A stretch of DNA of 64,000 nt from Bdellovibrionales bacterium (GCA_965261545.1 CBDHDF010000002.1:1-64000); one strand, 5' to 3'. Positions 29,382-39,757 are shown, counted from the first letter of the stretch. Made by a program: numbers and translations. The notes: generated by a model not told the origin, from the letters alone.

Positions 29382-30755
29382 TTGAGTGAAATATTGAAAG
29401 ATCCATTAAAAAGCAAAGTCGTCAGTGTGCATGTTATAGAGGACAGCAAATTAGACTCTGAACTCATTCAAGATCTCATCAAAGTAGAACTAAGAAAGTG
29501 TGGATTGACCCCCAAGGTTTCAGCCACATTCAAAGAAAAAAGCTCTTATAGTGCTTTAAATCAAAATAACTATGATATTGTGGTTTTTGATATTGATCTA
29601 GATCGAAGAATGGCAGGGATTGACCTTCTTGGTATGTTTACTAAAAAGGTACAGTTTCCGATCATCTCCTCTTGCCGTGAGTCAGATGATATCGTAAAAA
29701 AAGCTTACAGTCTAGGTTGTGAGCACTTTTTAAACAAGCCTATCAAGCAGTCAAAGATTGCCCATCTGGTCGATCAATATACAAAGCAAATAAACTCCAA
29801 GAGCATCTTGCGAGTTATAAAATCAAGATACATGACCCAAGATGAAGAGACCCTCAGTGAGCTTAATAAAGTCACTTCATCGAAAAATGCTCATTTATTT
29901 GGACCCACAGGGGTAGGCAAACAAATCGTCGCTGAACTTATTCATCATATACATTATGGCAACTCAAACCCCTTTGTTGAAAAGAACTGTTCATCTATCA
30001 CAGAGTCTCTTGCGGAGTCCTTCCTTTTCGGCCATGAAAAGGGAGCCTTCACAGGTGCCAACAACCAAAGAAAGGGTATCTTTGAGCTTGCCAAGGGAGG
30101 CACCGTCTTCTTAGATGAAATCGATAAGACATCAAAGTCTTTTCAAGCCAAGTTATTAAAAGTTATAGAGAAAAAGGAAATTCAAAGGGTTGGATCTGAA
30201 AAATCAACACCTGTTGACTTCTCGCTGGTCACAGCAAGTAGTACAGACCTTAATTTCCTTGTGGAAAAGGATAAATTCTTACCTGATCTTTGGGAAAGGC
30301 TTCAGGTGGAGGTCATTCACTTGAAACCTCTGAAAGAACGTCCCTTGGATATAGAGCTACAAATGCAGAATTTCATTAGGCTTCATGAGTCAGGAAGACT
30401 GTTTGTCATCTCTGAAGAAGCCCATAAGTTTTTGATGAGTTACCACTGGCCAGGAAATACAAGGGAATTAAAAAACGTTGTGGACAGCTTACAAAGGAAG
30501 AATATCAAGATTCTTGAACTCAAAGACCTTAAATTCTTACAAAAAAAATCCATCAGACAGCAATATGGCCTCGTCAATCAACAAATACTTCAGGCCATGG
30601 AACAAAATGGACTCAAAAATGTCGTCAATCAAATATGCCGGGAAGCAGTTCATCATTTTTTCACTCAAAATGATGGGAAAAGAAGAATCACAATGAGGCA
30701 GCTTGAAATTAGCTCAGATACTTTATACAGACACTTAAAAGAAAATATGGGGTAA
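29382..30755 (+). CDS. NtrC-like sigma54 enhancer-binding response regulator (REC-AAA-HTH)
   Basis: VIED/FDID/KP REC; GPTGVGK, LFGHEKGAFTGA, FLDEID, WPGNTREL; ISSDTLYRHL. Confidence 0.95.
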   Translation: MSEILKDPLKSKVVSVHVIEDSKLDSELIQDLIKVELRKCGLTPKVSATFKEKSSYSALNQNNYDIVVFDIDLDRRMAGIDLLGMFTKKVQFPIISSCRESDDIVKKAYSLGCEHFLNKPIKQSKIAHLVDQYTKQINSKSILRVIKSRYMTQDEETLSELNKVTSSKNAHLFGPTGVGKQIVAELIHHIHYGNSNPFVEKNCSSITESLAESFLFGHEKGAFTGANNQRKGIFELAKGGTVFLDEIDKTSKSFQAKLLKVIEKKEIQRVGSEKSTPVDFSLVTASSTDLNFLVEKDKFLPDLWERLQVEVIHLKPLKERPLDIELQMQNFIRLHESGRLFVISEEAHKFLMSYHWPGNTRELKNVVDSLQRKNIKILELKDLKFLQKKSIRQQYGLVNQQILQAMEQNGLKNVVNQICREAVHHFFTQNDGKRRITMRQLEISSDTLYRHLKENMG

Positions 30756-30758
30756 AAA

Positions 30759-30977
30759 ATGAATTTAACAAAAGAAGAAATAAAGCACGATTTGAAAAGA
30801 AATATAAGTTCTATTTTATCTGGAACAACAATGATAATGAATAAGATTCCTAAGATAGATATTTATATTCGAGAAACAATAGAAGAAATAGAAAAGCAAT
30901 GTGAACAAACATTTAAACTGTTAGACATTTTCACGGAAAGTAAAGATGAAAATAAGAAAAAGCCAAAGGAGGTATAA
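30759..30977 (+). CDS. Stand-alone HisKA/DHp-like protein
   Basis: KHDLKRNISSILSG H-box-like motif and two-helix pattern. Confidence 0.55.
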   Translation: MNLTKEEIKHDLKRNISSILSGTTMIMNKIPKIDIYIRETIEEIEKQCEQTFKLLDIFTESKDENKKKPKEV

Positions 30978-30978
30978 A

Positions 30979-31299
30979 ATGAGAAAAATATGGACCATAC
31001 TTGTTGCTATGCTCGGAATGTCGAGTAATGCATCTTCCGCATACTCTGGTTGCTATGATGAAGCCATGGAAGTTTCAACAGACAGCAACCTTGAAGTGAG
31101 TCTAGAACAAAGTGCAGAAGAAGATTTTGATGAACTTGATAGAATCATGGATTTATACCCACATGCTAGTATTGATGAAAAAGTTGGAATGAGCTTTAAA
31201 GCACATAGAATAGCGGATCGTCTTGAGCGTCAAGGTTTTGATGTTGCTGATTCTATGTCTCAATCATCAAGAACATGTGACTATTGTGTGAAACCATAA
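30979..31299 (+). CDS. Secreted small protein, candidate RiPP precursor (106 aa)
   Basis: AGGAGG RBS before ATG 30979; signal-like N-terminus, acidic middle, C-terminal SMSQSSRTCDYCVKP. Confidence 0.7.
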   Translation: MRKIWTILVAMLGMSSNASSAYSGCYDEAMEVSTDSNLEVSLEQSAEEDFDELDRIMDLYPHASIDEKVGMSFKAHRIADRLERQGFDVADSMSQSSRTCDYCVKP

Positions 31300-31344
31300 C
31301 ATTCAATCATTATTGATGGCATAAGAAAGGATATAAATTCAAGA

Positions 31345-32901
31345 ATGAAAAATAAATTTATTTATATTATTTTATTTATATTCATTATTGTTATAACTTA
31401 TAGTTTCATTCGTGAGCAAAGGAATAAGTCAATGTTGATTCAGACAAATTTAATAAGTTTTGAACCAGAAGACACAATGGACCCCACAAGACTCAGGTTT
31501 GTCCAAGAATATTTTGTGCTTGATAACGTCACGGCAAAGCTCACTCAAGTGGGAGACGATGGTGAATATAAAAATGATCTTGCTGAGCATATTAGTTTCT
31601 CTGATGATAAACTCACCATAGATGTTCAATTAAAGAATGATGCTAGATTTAGTGATGGAAGCCCTATTTTAGCTCAAGATGTGGCTCAATCATTCAAAAG
31701 ATCCATATTATGGGGAGTGCCCCATATTGATCTAAAAAATCTTTGGATAGGAGCCGATCAGCTTAAATCTATAAATGAAGATATACCAGGCATTGAGGTT
31801 TTATCCAACAAAGAGTTGCGACTCAAGCTTATCAAACCCACTAAAGAAGTTCTTTTTTTTCTCACAATAACCGACCTTGCCATACTCCATAAGAGTCAAT
31901 ATACAAAGACTCATTTAAAAGTTTCTGACTGGGAAAGAGTAACTTCTGGTGCTTATAGAATAGGCTACACCAATGAAGGTAGAGTCATGCTCATTTCTAA
32001 TAAGAGTTCTCATAATTTTAAAGAGGCCATGCCTCAGAAAGTCGTTTTCAATGGGTATAAGAACGCCAATGTGATTCGACAAATTGAAGAAAAGAGCTTG
32101 GACTTTGGAATGTTGACTCTCAGTGAATATTTTCCTAATGTAGAAAAAATTGAATCCTCCAAGGATTTTGATATTGTGAGCAATAAGACAGATGGTGTCG
32201 TTCATATTGTTCTCAATGCCGCATCAGGGCCATTTGAAAATATTGAGAATCGTCAATGGATCCAGAAAAAAATGATGGAAACCTACAAAATTGATGAAAA
32301 AGACTCTTCTGTTTTAACCAAAGCTCTTCAGTTTTTTCTCCCAAACTCCAAGGGTCATAAAGATGGTGCTGACGTTCTAAGCATTCTCAAAGACATTAAT
32401 ACTTCAAATATTCCTGAAGAATTAAAAAAAGGAATCACCATAAAAACTCTAGAAGGAATGAAGTATTTTTTACCGGATAATATGGAAATAAAATTATCTC
32501 AAACCTTAGGCATTCCAGTAAATTTGGAAATCAATATTCCAAAAAAAGAGTATTTTCAATCCATTGACAAAGAAAGAACTTTTGATGCCACTATTATGGC
32601 TATCTCCATGGACTATAAAGTTCTCAATGAGGCTCTCAATCTTCAATATTTATCTGAAAATAGTCCCCTTATCGATCCCACAGGGAAAATAAAAGAACTT
32701 CTTAAGTCCTATCAAGGTGAAGATGATCTTGAGAAAGAAAGTGAAATCATTAATAAGATATTGAATCAAATGATTTACGATTCAGAATCAATTCCCATTT
32801 TTTATTTTGCATCCCCATTTCTTATAAAAAAAGATACCATTCAAAGCTCAAGTGTGAATTTTCATGAACCCATTAAATTTCACAAAATGGTGATGAAATG
32901 A
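31345..32901 (+). CDS. Family 5 (OppA/DppA-like) solute-binding protein, membrane anchored, no cognate permease
   Basis: DLAE.I.FS.D.LT....LK.DARFSDGSPILAQDVAQSF; SGAY. Confidence 0.88.
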   Translation: MKNKFIYIILFIFIIVITYSFIREQRNKSMLIQTNLISFEPEDTMDPTRLRFVQEYFVLDNVTAKLTQVGDDGEYKNDLAEHISFSDDKLTIDVQLKNDARFSDGSPILAQDVAQSFKRSILWGVPHIDLKNLWIGADQLKSINEDIPGIEVLSNKELRLKLIKPTKEVLFFLTITDLAILHKSQYTKTHLKVSDWERVTSGAYRIGYTNEGRVMLISNKSSHNFKEAMPQKVVFNGYKNANVIRQIEEKSLDFGMLTLSEYFPNVEKIESSKDFDIVSNKTDGVVHIVLNAASGPFENIENRQWIQKKMMETYKIDEKDSSVLTKALQFFLPNSKGHKDGADVLSILKDINTSNIPEELKKGITIKTLEGMKYFLPDNMEIKLSQTLGIPVNLEINIPKKEYFQSIDKERTFDATIMAISMDYKVLNEALNLQYLSENSPLIDPTGKIKELLKSYQGEDDLEKESEIINKILNQMIYDSESIPIFYFASPFLIKKDTIQSSSVNFHEPIKFHKMVMK

Positions 32902-33908
32902 AGCACGCTCAATCCTTAAATATTTTAAAGAATGTAATAAATTATTTTCAATCACTACCAGATCATCAATTAAAAGTGAAGGATATTAGTTCCGAGCATT
33001 TTACTCTTCCTTGCATGTTCTCTGTATCTGTTAACCACCGAGGAAATCAAATGCAAGGGTTCGGTCAATCTGAATCTAAAGATAAGGCTATTTTTATTGC
33101 TTTTATGGAAATTATTGAAAGAATCCTAATACCAAAGCCTAAAGACTTGACCTACTCACAGAAATATCTTTTTTTCTCTATCAGAAAAAATTATGAGGAT
33201 CTTTTAAAGTCATTTCCTAGATCGAGAAATTGGGTTGAAGGCTCTTCCAATGGTTTTGCCATTCATTCGAGTAGAAAAATGGCTCAAAAATCAGCTCTTG
33301 ACGAACTTATTGAGCGGCATGTTGTACTTAAAGCTCTTGTTTCTCAGTTTTCTCCGGCCAAGGTGTTAGCACCTAAAATACTTACCCATGGGAGCTATGT
33401 GATTCCCTCCGAGATGACCTATGAGTTTTATGCTTGGTTAGGACCTTTGGGCAGACATGTGGTTCTTTTTAAATGCCAGATGAATTCAAAGGTGATCTAT
33501 GGGTTTGGATGTGAGAAGAGTCTAGAAAGAGCCAAGGAGAAGGCTTTTTTTGAAGCTAGCTCTAGGATTATCGCACTCCACCGATCTCAGAATCCTTCCT
33601 TTGTAGTTCTCAATACGAGTAAAAATTTCCTTTATCATTGGTATGAGGAGACTGCCTGGACAGGAGGGTTTCTTAAAAAAGCCTCCCATGACATGCCATC
33701 TATAGATCACCACCTTTCATACAGTGATTTTTGGTTTGGTGAGCCTCCAAAAAATGAACTTCTCCACCAACTGGGCCTCCATGTTGTCAAGGCTGTTTCC
33801 CCAAAGATTCAGCCACTTTTTTCAGGGCACTGGAAGGCCAAATATATGAACCCCGAAGCTCTAGGGAATGACTACAGCTTTCCAGAAGACATGCATATGA
33901 TTGGGTAA
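32898..33908 (+). CDS. YcaO-like enzyme
   Basis: GFGQS.....A...AFMEIIER; SSNGFAIH....AQKSALDELIERH; AFFEA; C-terminal PEDMHMIG. Confidence 0.82.
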   Translation: MKHAQSLNILKNVINYFQSLPDHQLKVKDISSEHFTLPCMFSVSVNHRGNQMQGFGQSESKDKAIFIAFMEIIERILIPKPKDLTYSQKYLFFSIRKNYEDLLKSFPRSRNWVEGSSNGFAIHSSRKMAQKSALDELIERHVVLKALVSQFSPAKVLAPKILTHGSYVIPSEMTYEFYAWLGPLGRHVVLFKCQMNSKVIYGFGCEKSLERAKEKAFFEASSRIIALHRSQNPSFVVLNTSKNFLYHWYEETAWTGGFLKKASHDMPSIDHHLSYSDFWFGEPPKNELLHQLGLHVVKAVSPKIQPLFSGHWKAKYMNPEALGNDYSFPEDMHMIG

Positions 33909-33914
33909 ATTGAT

Positions 33915-35648
33915 ATGAAAAATCGATCCATACGAATCTCTATTTTATTGGCAGCCACCATGAGTCTTTTGGCTCTTGCCACTGTGATGCTGATATTCTT
34001 ATCAAAGCACGAGGTGGAAAGAATTCAAGCCAATACTCAATCCCTGGTGCGTGAGCAAATAGAACTCACAGTTAAGAAATTAGATATCTATAGAGTGGTC
34101 AATCAAATATCATATATTCTCAATATCACTTTCAATCTGGATCGTGTGAATGGAGTCAATATCTTTGATTCCAAATGCAACTTAGTGGATAAGCAACCTG
34201 TTAATTTTAAAATCCCATGGGACTGTAAGAGCCCTCACCCTGATTCTATGGTTCTTTATAAATCTCAAACCTCGATTTCTGACTCTTCAGGAGCCCCCAA
34301 ATATATATTGGCTCGCCTCAAAGATGAGCCCCATATTCTCTTGAATCACCATAGCTTGAAGGTTCTCGTCATATCATTAGTTTTGATTCTTATCACCTTA
34401 CTTTGCTTGAACTTTTTAATGAAAAAACATATTTTAAGGCCCATTGACGAGTTGATAAGAATCATTAGAAAACCTGGCGCTCTTGAGAGGAATAGTCAGA
34501 AACAACAAAAGCTTCCCTTGGAACTAAGAGAAATTTATAATGATGTTTTGTCTCGTGACGAAATCATCCAGCAGAATAAAATTGAACTACTCAAAAGAAA
34601 TGAAATGGAAACACGAAGCCATTTAAGTGAGCAAGTCGCCCATGATATCAGGTCACCCATTATGATTCTTAGAGACTACCACTTAAATCACTTAAATTTA
34701 CATAGAAACGAGGATACAAAAGAAAGCGTATACCTCAATGCCATTAACGATCTGGACCTCCTCACCAAGCAATTGATTGAAGACTCTAGTGAGTATGCAA
34801 AAAATGTCAATCTCGTGGGCTTAATGGATGCCCTCGTCGACATGAAAGAAGTTGAATTTCAACAAGGGCCTAAATCTAAGATATTGTTGAATCCTCAGTC
34901 TAAGAATTTGAAGATTAAAACCAATCCCACAAAATTAAAATTTGTTCTCTCCAATATTATTAATAATGCCAGGGAGGCTTCTAAGAAGGATGACCCTTGT
35001 GAGATTCAAATCAAGTTGACAAGAAAGGGGTCTAATGCCTTCATTGAGATTGAAGATAACGGGAAAGGTATCAAAGAATCAGACATTAAGAGAGTCTTTT
35101 CCCGAGGGGTGAGTATAGACAAGCCTGGAGGCAACGGCTGGGGACTCAGTGATGCCAAAAAATTTATTGAGAGCCAAGATGGGACTATCGAGATAGAGTC
35201 AAAACTCAACAAGGGAACCACTGTCAAAATAAATCTCCCCATACTTCTCTCGAACTTTCAATCTCGTGGGAAAGCCCCCTTTGACCATGTTTTGGTGGAA
35301 GACTACAAGCTCAGCCAACTTCTATGGCTTGAAAAGGCTGATAGCAAAAAACTCAACTTCGCAGCCTTCTCTTCCCCCTCAGAGTTTTTAGAAAATATGG
35401 AATTGGTGAGTCCCAATGCCACCTTGTATATCGACTCTCACTTTCCCGATTTTCCCATGCGTGGCGAAGAATGGGCCAGAGAACTTTACAGTAAGTATGG
35501 ATTCAAAAAAATATATATGTGCTCCACATCCCCCATCGACATCACCGACATGCCATGGATCAAAGCGTGCATTGCCAAGCATAAGCCATTTGATCGTCAA
35601 TTAAAAGAAATGATAAATTGCAACACATCACAGTGTATTAAAATTTAA
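33915..35648 (+). CDS. Membrane histidine kinase with C-terminal receiver-like domain
   Basis: 2 TM; QVAHDIRSP, NIINNA, EDNGKG, GNGWGL, GTT; LVED...YID. Confidence 0.93.
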   Translation: MKNRSIRISILLAATMSLLALATVMLIFLSKHEVERIQANTQSLVREQIELTVKKLDIYRVVNQISYILNITFNLDRVNGVNIFDSKCNLVDKQPVNFKIPWDCKSPHPDSMVLYKSQTSISDSSGAPKYILARLKDEPHILLNHHSLKVLVISLVLILITLLCLNFLMKKHILRPIDELIRIIRKPGALERNSQKQQKLPLELREIYNDVLSRDEIIQQNKIELLKRNEMETRSHLSEQVAHDIRSPIMILRDYHLNHLNLHRNEDTKESVYLNAINDLDLLTKQLIEDSSEYAKNVNLVGLMDALVDMKEVEFQQGPKSKILLNPQSKNLKIKTNPTKLKFVLSNIINNAREASKKDDPCEIQIKLTRKGSNAFIEIEDNGKGIKESDIKRVFSRGVSIDKPGGNGWGLSDAKKFIESQDGTIEIESKLNKGTTVKINLPILLSNFQSRGKAPFDHVLVEDYKLSQLLWLEKADSKKLNFAAFSSPSEFLENMELVSPNATLYIDSHFPDFPMRGEEWARELYSKYGFKKIYMCSTSPIDITDMPWIKACIAKHKPFDRQLKEMINCNTSQCIKI

Positions 35649-35773
35649 GGATCGTAAATGATACTTTATACCATTGCATATAATTTTCTATGAACTTAAA
35701 GAAGATTGAATAATTAAAAATATAATTGACATTTGATATATAAATGAATATGATAATACAGCGTAGCTAAGGA

Positions 35774-38700
35774 TTGGTATTTAAGATGAAAAAATATGGA
35801 TTATTATTGATATGTATTATTTTTTGTATTTCAAATAGTAATATAAAAGAGAAATATAAAAATAAATTAGAGTTGAAAGGATATTTTTCACAGAAGAAAG
35901 TCTTAGAAACAATTTCCTTAATGGTTGATATTGATGGTGGAATTACTCCAGAAAGCAAATTGATTCATACTTTAGCACCTCATAATAATAAAATAATTGT
36001 ATATTCCGATGGGTCTAATATTTCAAAAATATCTACATGCCGTGACAGAGATACGAGCTTAGATAATATATTTTTTCATAGTTATTCAGGTGGAAATATT
36101 TCAGATGGAACTAACATATATATGTATTTCGATACAAAATATAAAAAATGGATTAAAGGTCTTGAAACTGCTCATTATGAAGGAGGAAGGCATCAACCTT
36201 GGTTGTCTAAAAATAATTTTTGTACATGGAAATCATATAAATCTAACATAGAAACCATATCCTATTTATTAAGAAATCTTTCGATTAGAAAAGAAGGGAA
36301 TGATAAAATACGTAAAAAAAATGGTATTTGGAAATATAGGTTGCTTCCGTCAAGAAAAACAAGATTTATTATTAATAAATTATATAAATTTACACCACTC
36401 TTTTTGAAAATAGAGAAAATATCTTCTTCAAAATGGACAGCATTAATCATAAAAAAAATATCTTCTTGTTATAGTGAAAATTGTGATGACTATGATAAGT
36501 TGGGAGTAGTTGTTGTACATGATAATGATAAAGACATTTGGTATTCTATCTCTGATTTCTTATATTATCCATCTAATTTAAAGATAAATAAAAATAGTGT
36601 TTATGCGACATTCTGTAGGAATATATTTCGTATGAGTAGAAAAAATCCATGTTTATATTCAAATTTTAGAATAAATTTATTGAATTTTAAATATATTGAT
36701 ATTGAGAAATACGTAGTTGGAAGCAGCATCATCCATGATTTAGTTTTATATGGGGATAAAGAAGCACTTATATTATTTCTTAATAATAAGAAAAATATAG
36801 ACATAAATATTAAAAATATTTCTGGAATCACTCCTCTTCATTATGCTATAAAGGATGAGAATATAGAGATAATTGATCTTCTGATTAAACATGGAGCGAA
36901 TGTAGATGAATATGGATGGTTCTATTTGCATAACATTAGTTATAACGGCTATCTTGAAATAGCTTCAATATTGATAAATAGTGGGGCTAAAATTAACGTG
37001 AAAGATCCGGGTGGCAAAACACCTTTGCATTTAGCAATTTTCGGTGGCCATTTGAGAATGGTATCTCTATTACTGAAGCATGAGGCAAAGGTTAATGAAG
37101 CGGATAAGGACGGCAAAACACCTTTGCATTTAGCAATTTCCGGTGGCCATTTGAGAATGGTATCTCTATTACTGAAGCATGAGGCAAAGGTTAATGAAGC
37201 GGATAAGGACGGCAAAACACCTTTACATTTAGCAAGTTCTGGTGGTCACTTGAAAATGGTATCTCCATTACTGAAGCATGAGGCAAAGGTTAATGAAGCG
37301 GATAAGGACGGCAAAACACCTTTACATTTAGCAAGTTCTGGTGGTCACTTGAAAATGGTATCTCTATTACTGAAGCATGAGGCAAAGGTTAATGAAGCGG
37401 ATAAGGACGGCAAAACACCTTTACATTTAGCAAGTTCTGGTGGTCACTTGAAAATGGTATCTCTATTACTGAAGCATGAGGCAAAAGTTAATGAAGCGGA
37501 TAAGGACGGCAAAACACCTTTACATTTAGCAAGTTCTGGTGGTCACTTGAAAATGGTATCTCTATTACTGAAGCATGAGGCAAAAGTTAATGAAGCGGAT
37601 AAGGACGGCAAAACACCTTTACATTTAGCAAGTTCTGGTGGTCACTTGAAAATGGTATCTCTATTATTGAAGCATGAGGCAGAAGTTAATGAAACAGATA
37701 AAGATGGACAAACATCTTTATATTTAGCAAGTTCCAATGGTCACCTCGGAGTAACTTTATTATTGATGAATCATGGAGCGAAAGCTAATGCCAAAAATAA
37801 GGATGGTCAAACATCTTTATATTTAGCAAGTTCCAATGGTCACCTCGGAGTAACTTTATTATTGATGAATCATGGAGCGAAAGCTAATGCCAAAAATAAG
37901 GATGGTCAAACACCCCTACATTTAGCAAGTTCTAATGGTCATTTAGAGATAGTTGCACTATTATTGAAATATGGATCGAAAGTTAATATAAAAAATAGAA
38001 ATGGGCAAACATCCTTACATTTAGCAAGTTCTGGTGGTCATCTAGAGGTAGTTTCATTATTATTGAAGTATGGATCGAAGGTTAATACAAAAGATAGAGA
38101 CGGAGAAGAGCCTCTGCATTTAGCAATTTCTAATGACCACTTAAAGATTGCGTCCCTACTAATGAAGGATGGAGATAAATCTTTTATCTTAAAAAATAAT
38201 ATAAAAAAAGAAAATGGAAATAAACTTCTAGGATATTTTTCTCAAAAAAAATTCTTAGAGAAGATTATCTTAATAAATGATAATGATAATGATAGTGGAG
38301 CTTTTGCTCCAAGTAAATTATTTCATATTAAAAAATCTTTTTATAAGAAAAAAATAATTGTATACTCCGATGGATCTAATATTTCAGAAATGTCTACATG
38401 TCGTGATAGAGAGACAGGTTTGGACAACATACTATTTCATAGTCATGCAGGCGGCAATATTTCAGATGGAACCAATATAGCTATGTATTTTGATATAAAA
38501 AATGAAAAATGGATTAAAGGTCTTGAAACTTATTATAATTATGGAGAGAACCATCCTCCATGGTTGTATAAAAAAGGTTTATGCACATGGAGATTGCATA
38601 AATCAAATTTAGAAAATCTTTCACAAATATTGAAGAACTTAGAAATAGGGGGAGGTAGTTCTAAAGAAATATCAATACCAGACGGGTCATGGAAATTTAA

Positions 38701-39757
38701 AATATTACAAACTAAAGGTTCAAAATATTTTGTTGACGAAATATATAAATTTCCATCTTTCTTAGTAAGTATAGAAAGAAATTCTTCTATGCGATGGGAT
38801 TTGTTCGTCATAAATAAATTTATTTCTTGTCTCAATGAGGATTGCAAAGATAAAGATTATGATGGAAATGGCATCATAATAATTTATGATAATAAAGAAA
38901 ATATTTGGTATTCTATTCTTGACTTTTTATATTATCCATCTAATATAAAAATAAATAAAAACATTGTTTATGTTACACTTTGTAAGAATATTTTTGAGTA
39001 CAGGAACTCATGTTTGTATTCAAATTTTAGAATAAACTTATTAAACTTTAAATATATTGATATTGGAAAATATGTAGTGGGCAACAGTATTATCCATGAT
39101 TTAGTTTTAAATGGAGATAAAGAAAGACTTACATCATATTTAGGTGAAAAGAAAAATAGAAAGATAAACATAAATATTAAAAATATTTCTGGAAGCACCC
39201 CTCTTCACTATGCTGTCAAAGATAAAAATATAGAAATAGTTAACTTCTTGATTAAACATGGGGCTAATGTGAATATATTAGACGAACATGGATGGTCTCC
39301 TTTACATAATGCTAGCTATAATGGTTATTTGGAAATATCTTCAATGTTGATAAGTAGTGGATCAAAAATTAATTTAATGAATGATATATCAAAAAATAAT
39401 AAACGTATTTATAAATCTCAAGAAGAGTCTTCATCGAATTTCAAAAATAATAAAAATACTTGGCAGACAACTCCCCTACATTTAGCAATATCTCGTGATC
39501 ATATGGATGTGGTATCAGTGCTATTAAAAAAGGGAGCAAAAGTTAATATAAAAGACAAGGACGGGCAAGCACCTTTGCATTTGGCAAGCTCTCATGGTTA
39601 TTTAAAAATGGTATCATTATTACTAGAACATGGAGCAAAAATTAATATAAAAGATAAGAACAAACAAACTCCCTTAGATCTAGCAAGATTGGGTGGACAC
39701 CTAGAAGTAGAATCATTCTTATTCTTATTGAAGCGTGAATCAGAGGCGATGAAATAG
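35774..39757 (+). CDS. Large ankyrin-repeat protein with internally duplicated non-ankyrin domain (start probably ATG 35786)
   Basis: Many GKTPLHLA repeats; IIVYSDGSNIS..STCRDR..GGNISDGTNI domain present twice. Confidence 0.92.
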   Translation: MVFKMKKYGLLLICIIFCISNSNIKEKYKNKLELKGYFSQKKVLETISLMVDIDGGITPESKLIHTLAPHNNKIIVYSDGSNISKISTCRDRDTSLDNIFFHSYSGGNISDGTNIYMYFDTKYKKWIKGLETAHYEGGRHQPWLSKNNFCTWKSYKSNIETISYLLRNLSIRKEGNDKIRKKNGIWKYRLLPSRKTRFIINKLYKFTPLFLKIEKISSSKWTALIIKKISSCYSENCDDYDKLGVVVVHDNDKDIWYSISDFLYYPSNLKINKNSVYATFCRNIFRMSRKNPCLYSNFRINLLNFKYIDIEKYVVGSSIIHDLVLYGDKEALILFLNNKKNIDINIKNISGITPLHYAIKDENIEIIDLLIKHGANVDEYGWFYLHNISYNGYLEIASILINSGAKINVKDPGGKTPLHLAIFGGHLRMVSLLLKHEAKVNEADKDGKTPLHLAISGGHLRMVSLLLKHEAKVNEADKDGKTPLHLASSGGHLKMVSPLLKHEAKVNEADKDGKTPLHLASSGGHLKMVSLLLKHEAKVNEADKDGKTPLHLASSGGHLKMVSLLLKHEAKVNEADKDGKTPLHLASSGGHLKMVSLLLKHEAKVNEADKDGKTPLHLASSGGHLKMVSLLLKHEAEVNETDKDGQTSLYLASSNGHLGVTLLLMNHGAKANAKNKDGQTSLYLASSNGHLGVTLLLMNHGAKANAKNKDGQTPLHLASSNGHLEIVALLLKYGSKVNIKNRNGQTSLHLASSGGHLEVVSLLLKYGSKVNTKDRDGEEPLHLAISNDHLKIASLLMKDGDKSFILKNNIKKENGNKLLGYFSQKKFLEKIILINDNDNDSGAFAPSKLFHIKKSFYKKKIIVYSDGSNISEMSTCRDRETGLDNILFHSHAGGNISDGTNIAMYFDIKNEKWIKGLETYYNYGENHPPWLYKKGLCTWRLHKSNLENLSQILKNLEIGGGSSKEISIPDGSWKFKILQTKGSKYFVDEIYKFPSFLVSIERNSSMRWDLFVINKFISCLNEDCKDKDYDGNGIIIIYDNKENIWYSILDFLYYPSNIKINKNIVYVTLCKNIFEYRNSCLYSNFRINLLNFKYIDIGKYVVGNSIIHDLVLNGDKERLTSYLGEKKNRKININIKNISGSTPLHYAVKDKNIEIVNFLIKHGANVNILDEHGWSPLHNASYNGYLEISSMLISSGSKINLMNDISKNNKRIYKSQEESSSNFKNNKNTWQTTPLHLAISRDHMDVVSVLLKKGAKVNIKDKDGQAPLHLASSHGYLKMVSLLLEHGAKINIKDKNKQTPLDLARLGGHLEVESFLFLLKRESEAMK
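37013..37906 (+). repeat. 99-bp tandem repeats encoding ankyrin units
   Basis: Seven near-identical units from 37013, then two identical units of a second type. Confidence 0.92.

Larger units (their letters stand above)
8410..35648. mobile_element. Integrative conjugative element (right boundary not determined)
   Basis: int/xis at tRNA-Leu fragment, relaxase-like gene, coupling ATPase, T4SS operon and regulatory operon. Confidence 0.8.

Noticed and set aside
37013..37906. Regular repeats as a CRISPR array
   Set aside because: Contiguous 99-bp coding units with no spacers; ankyrin repeats; no cas genes
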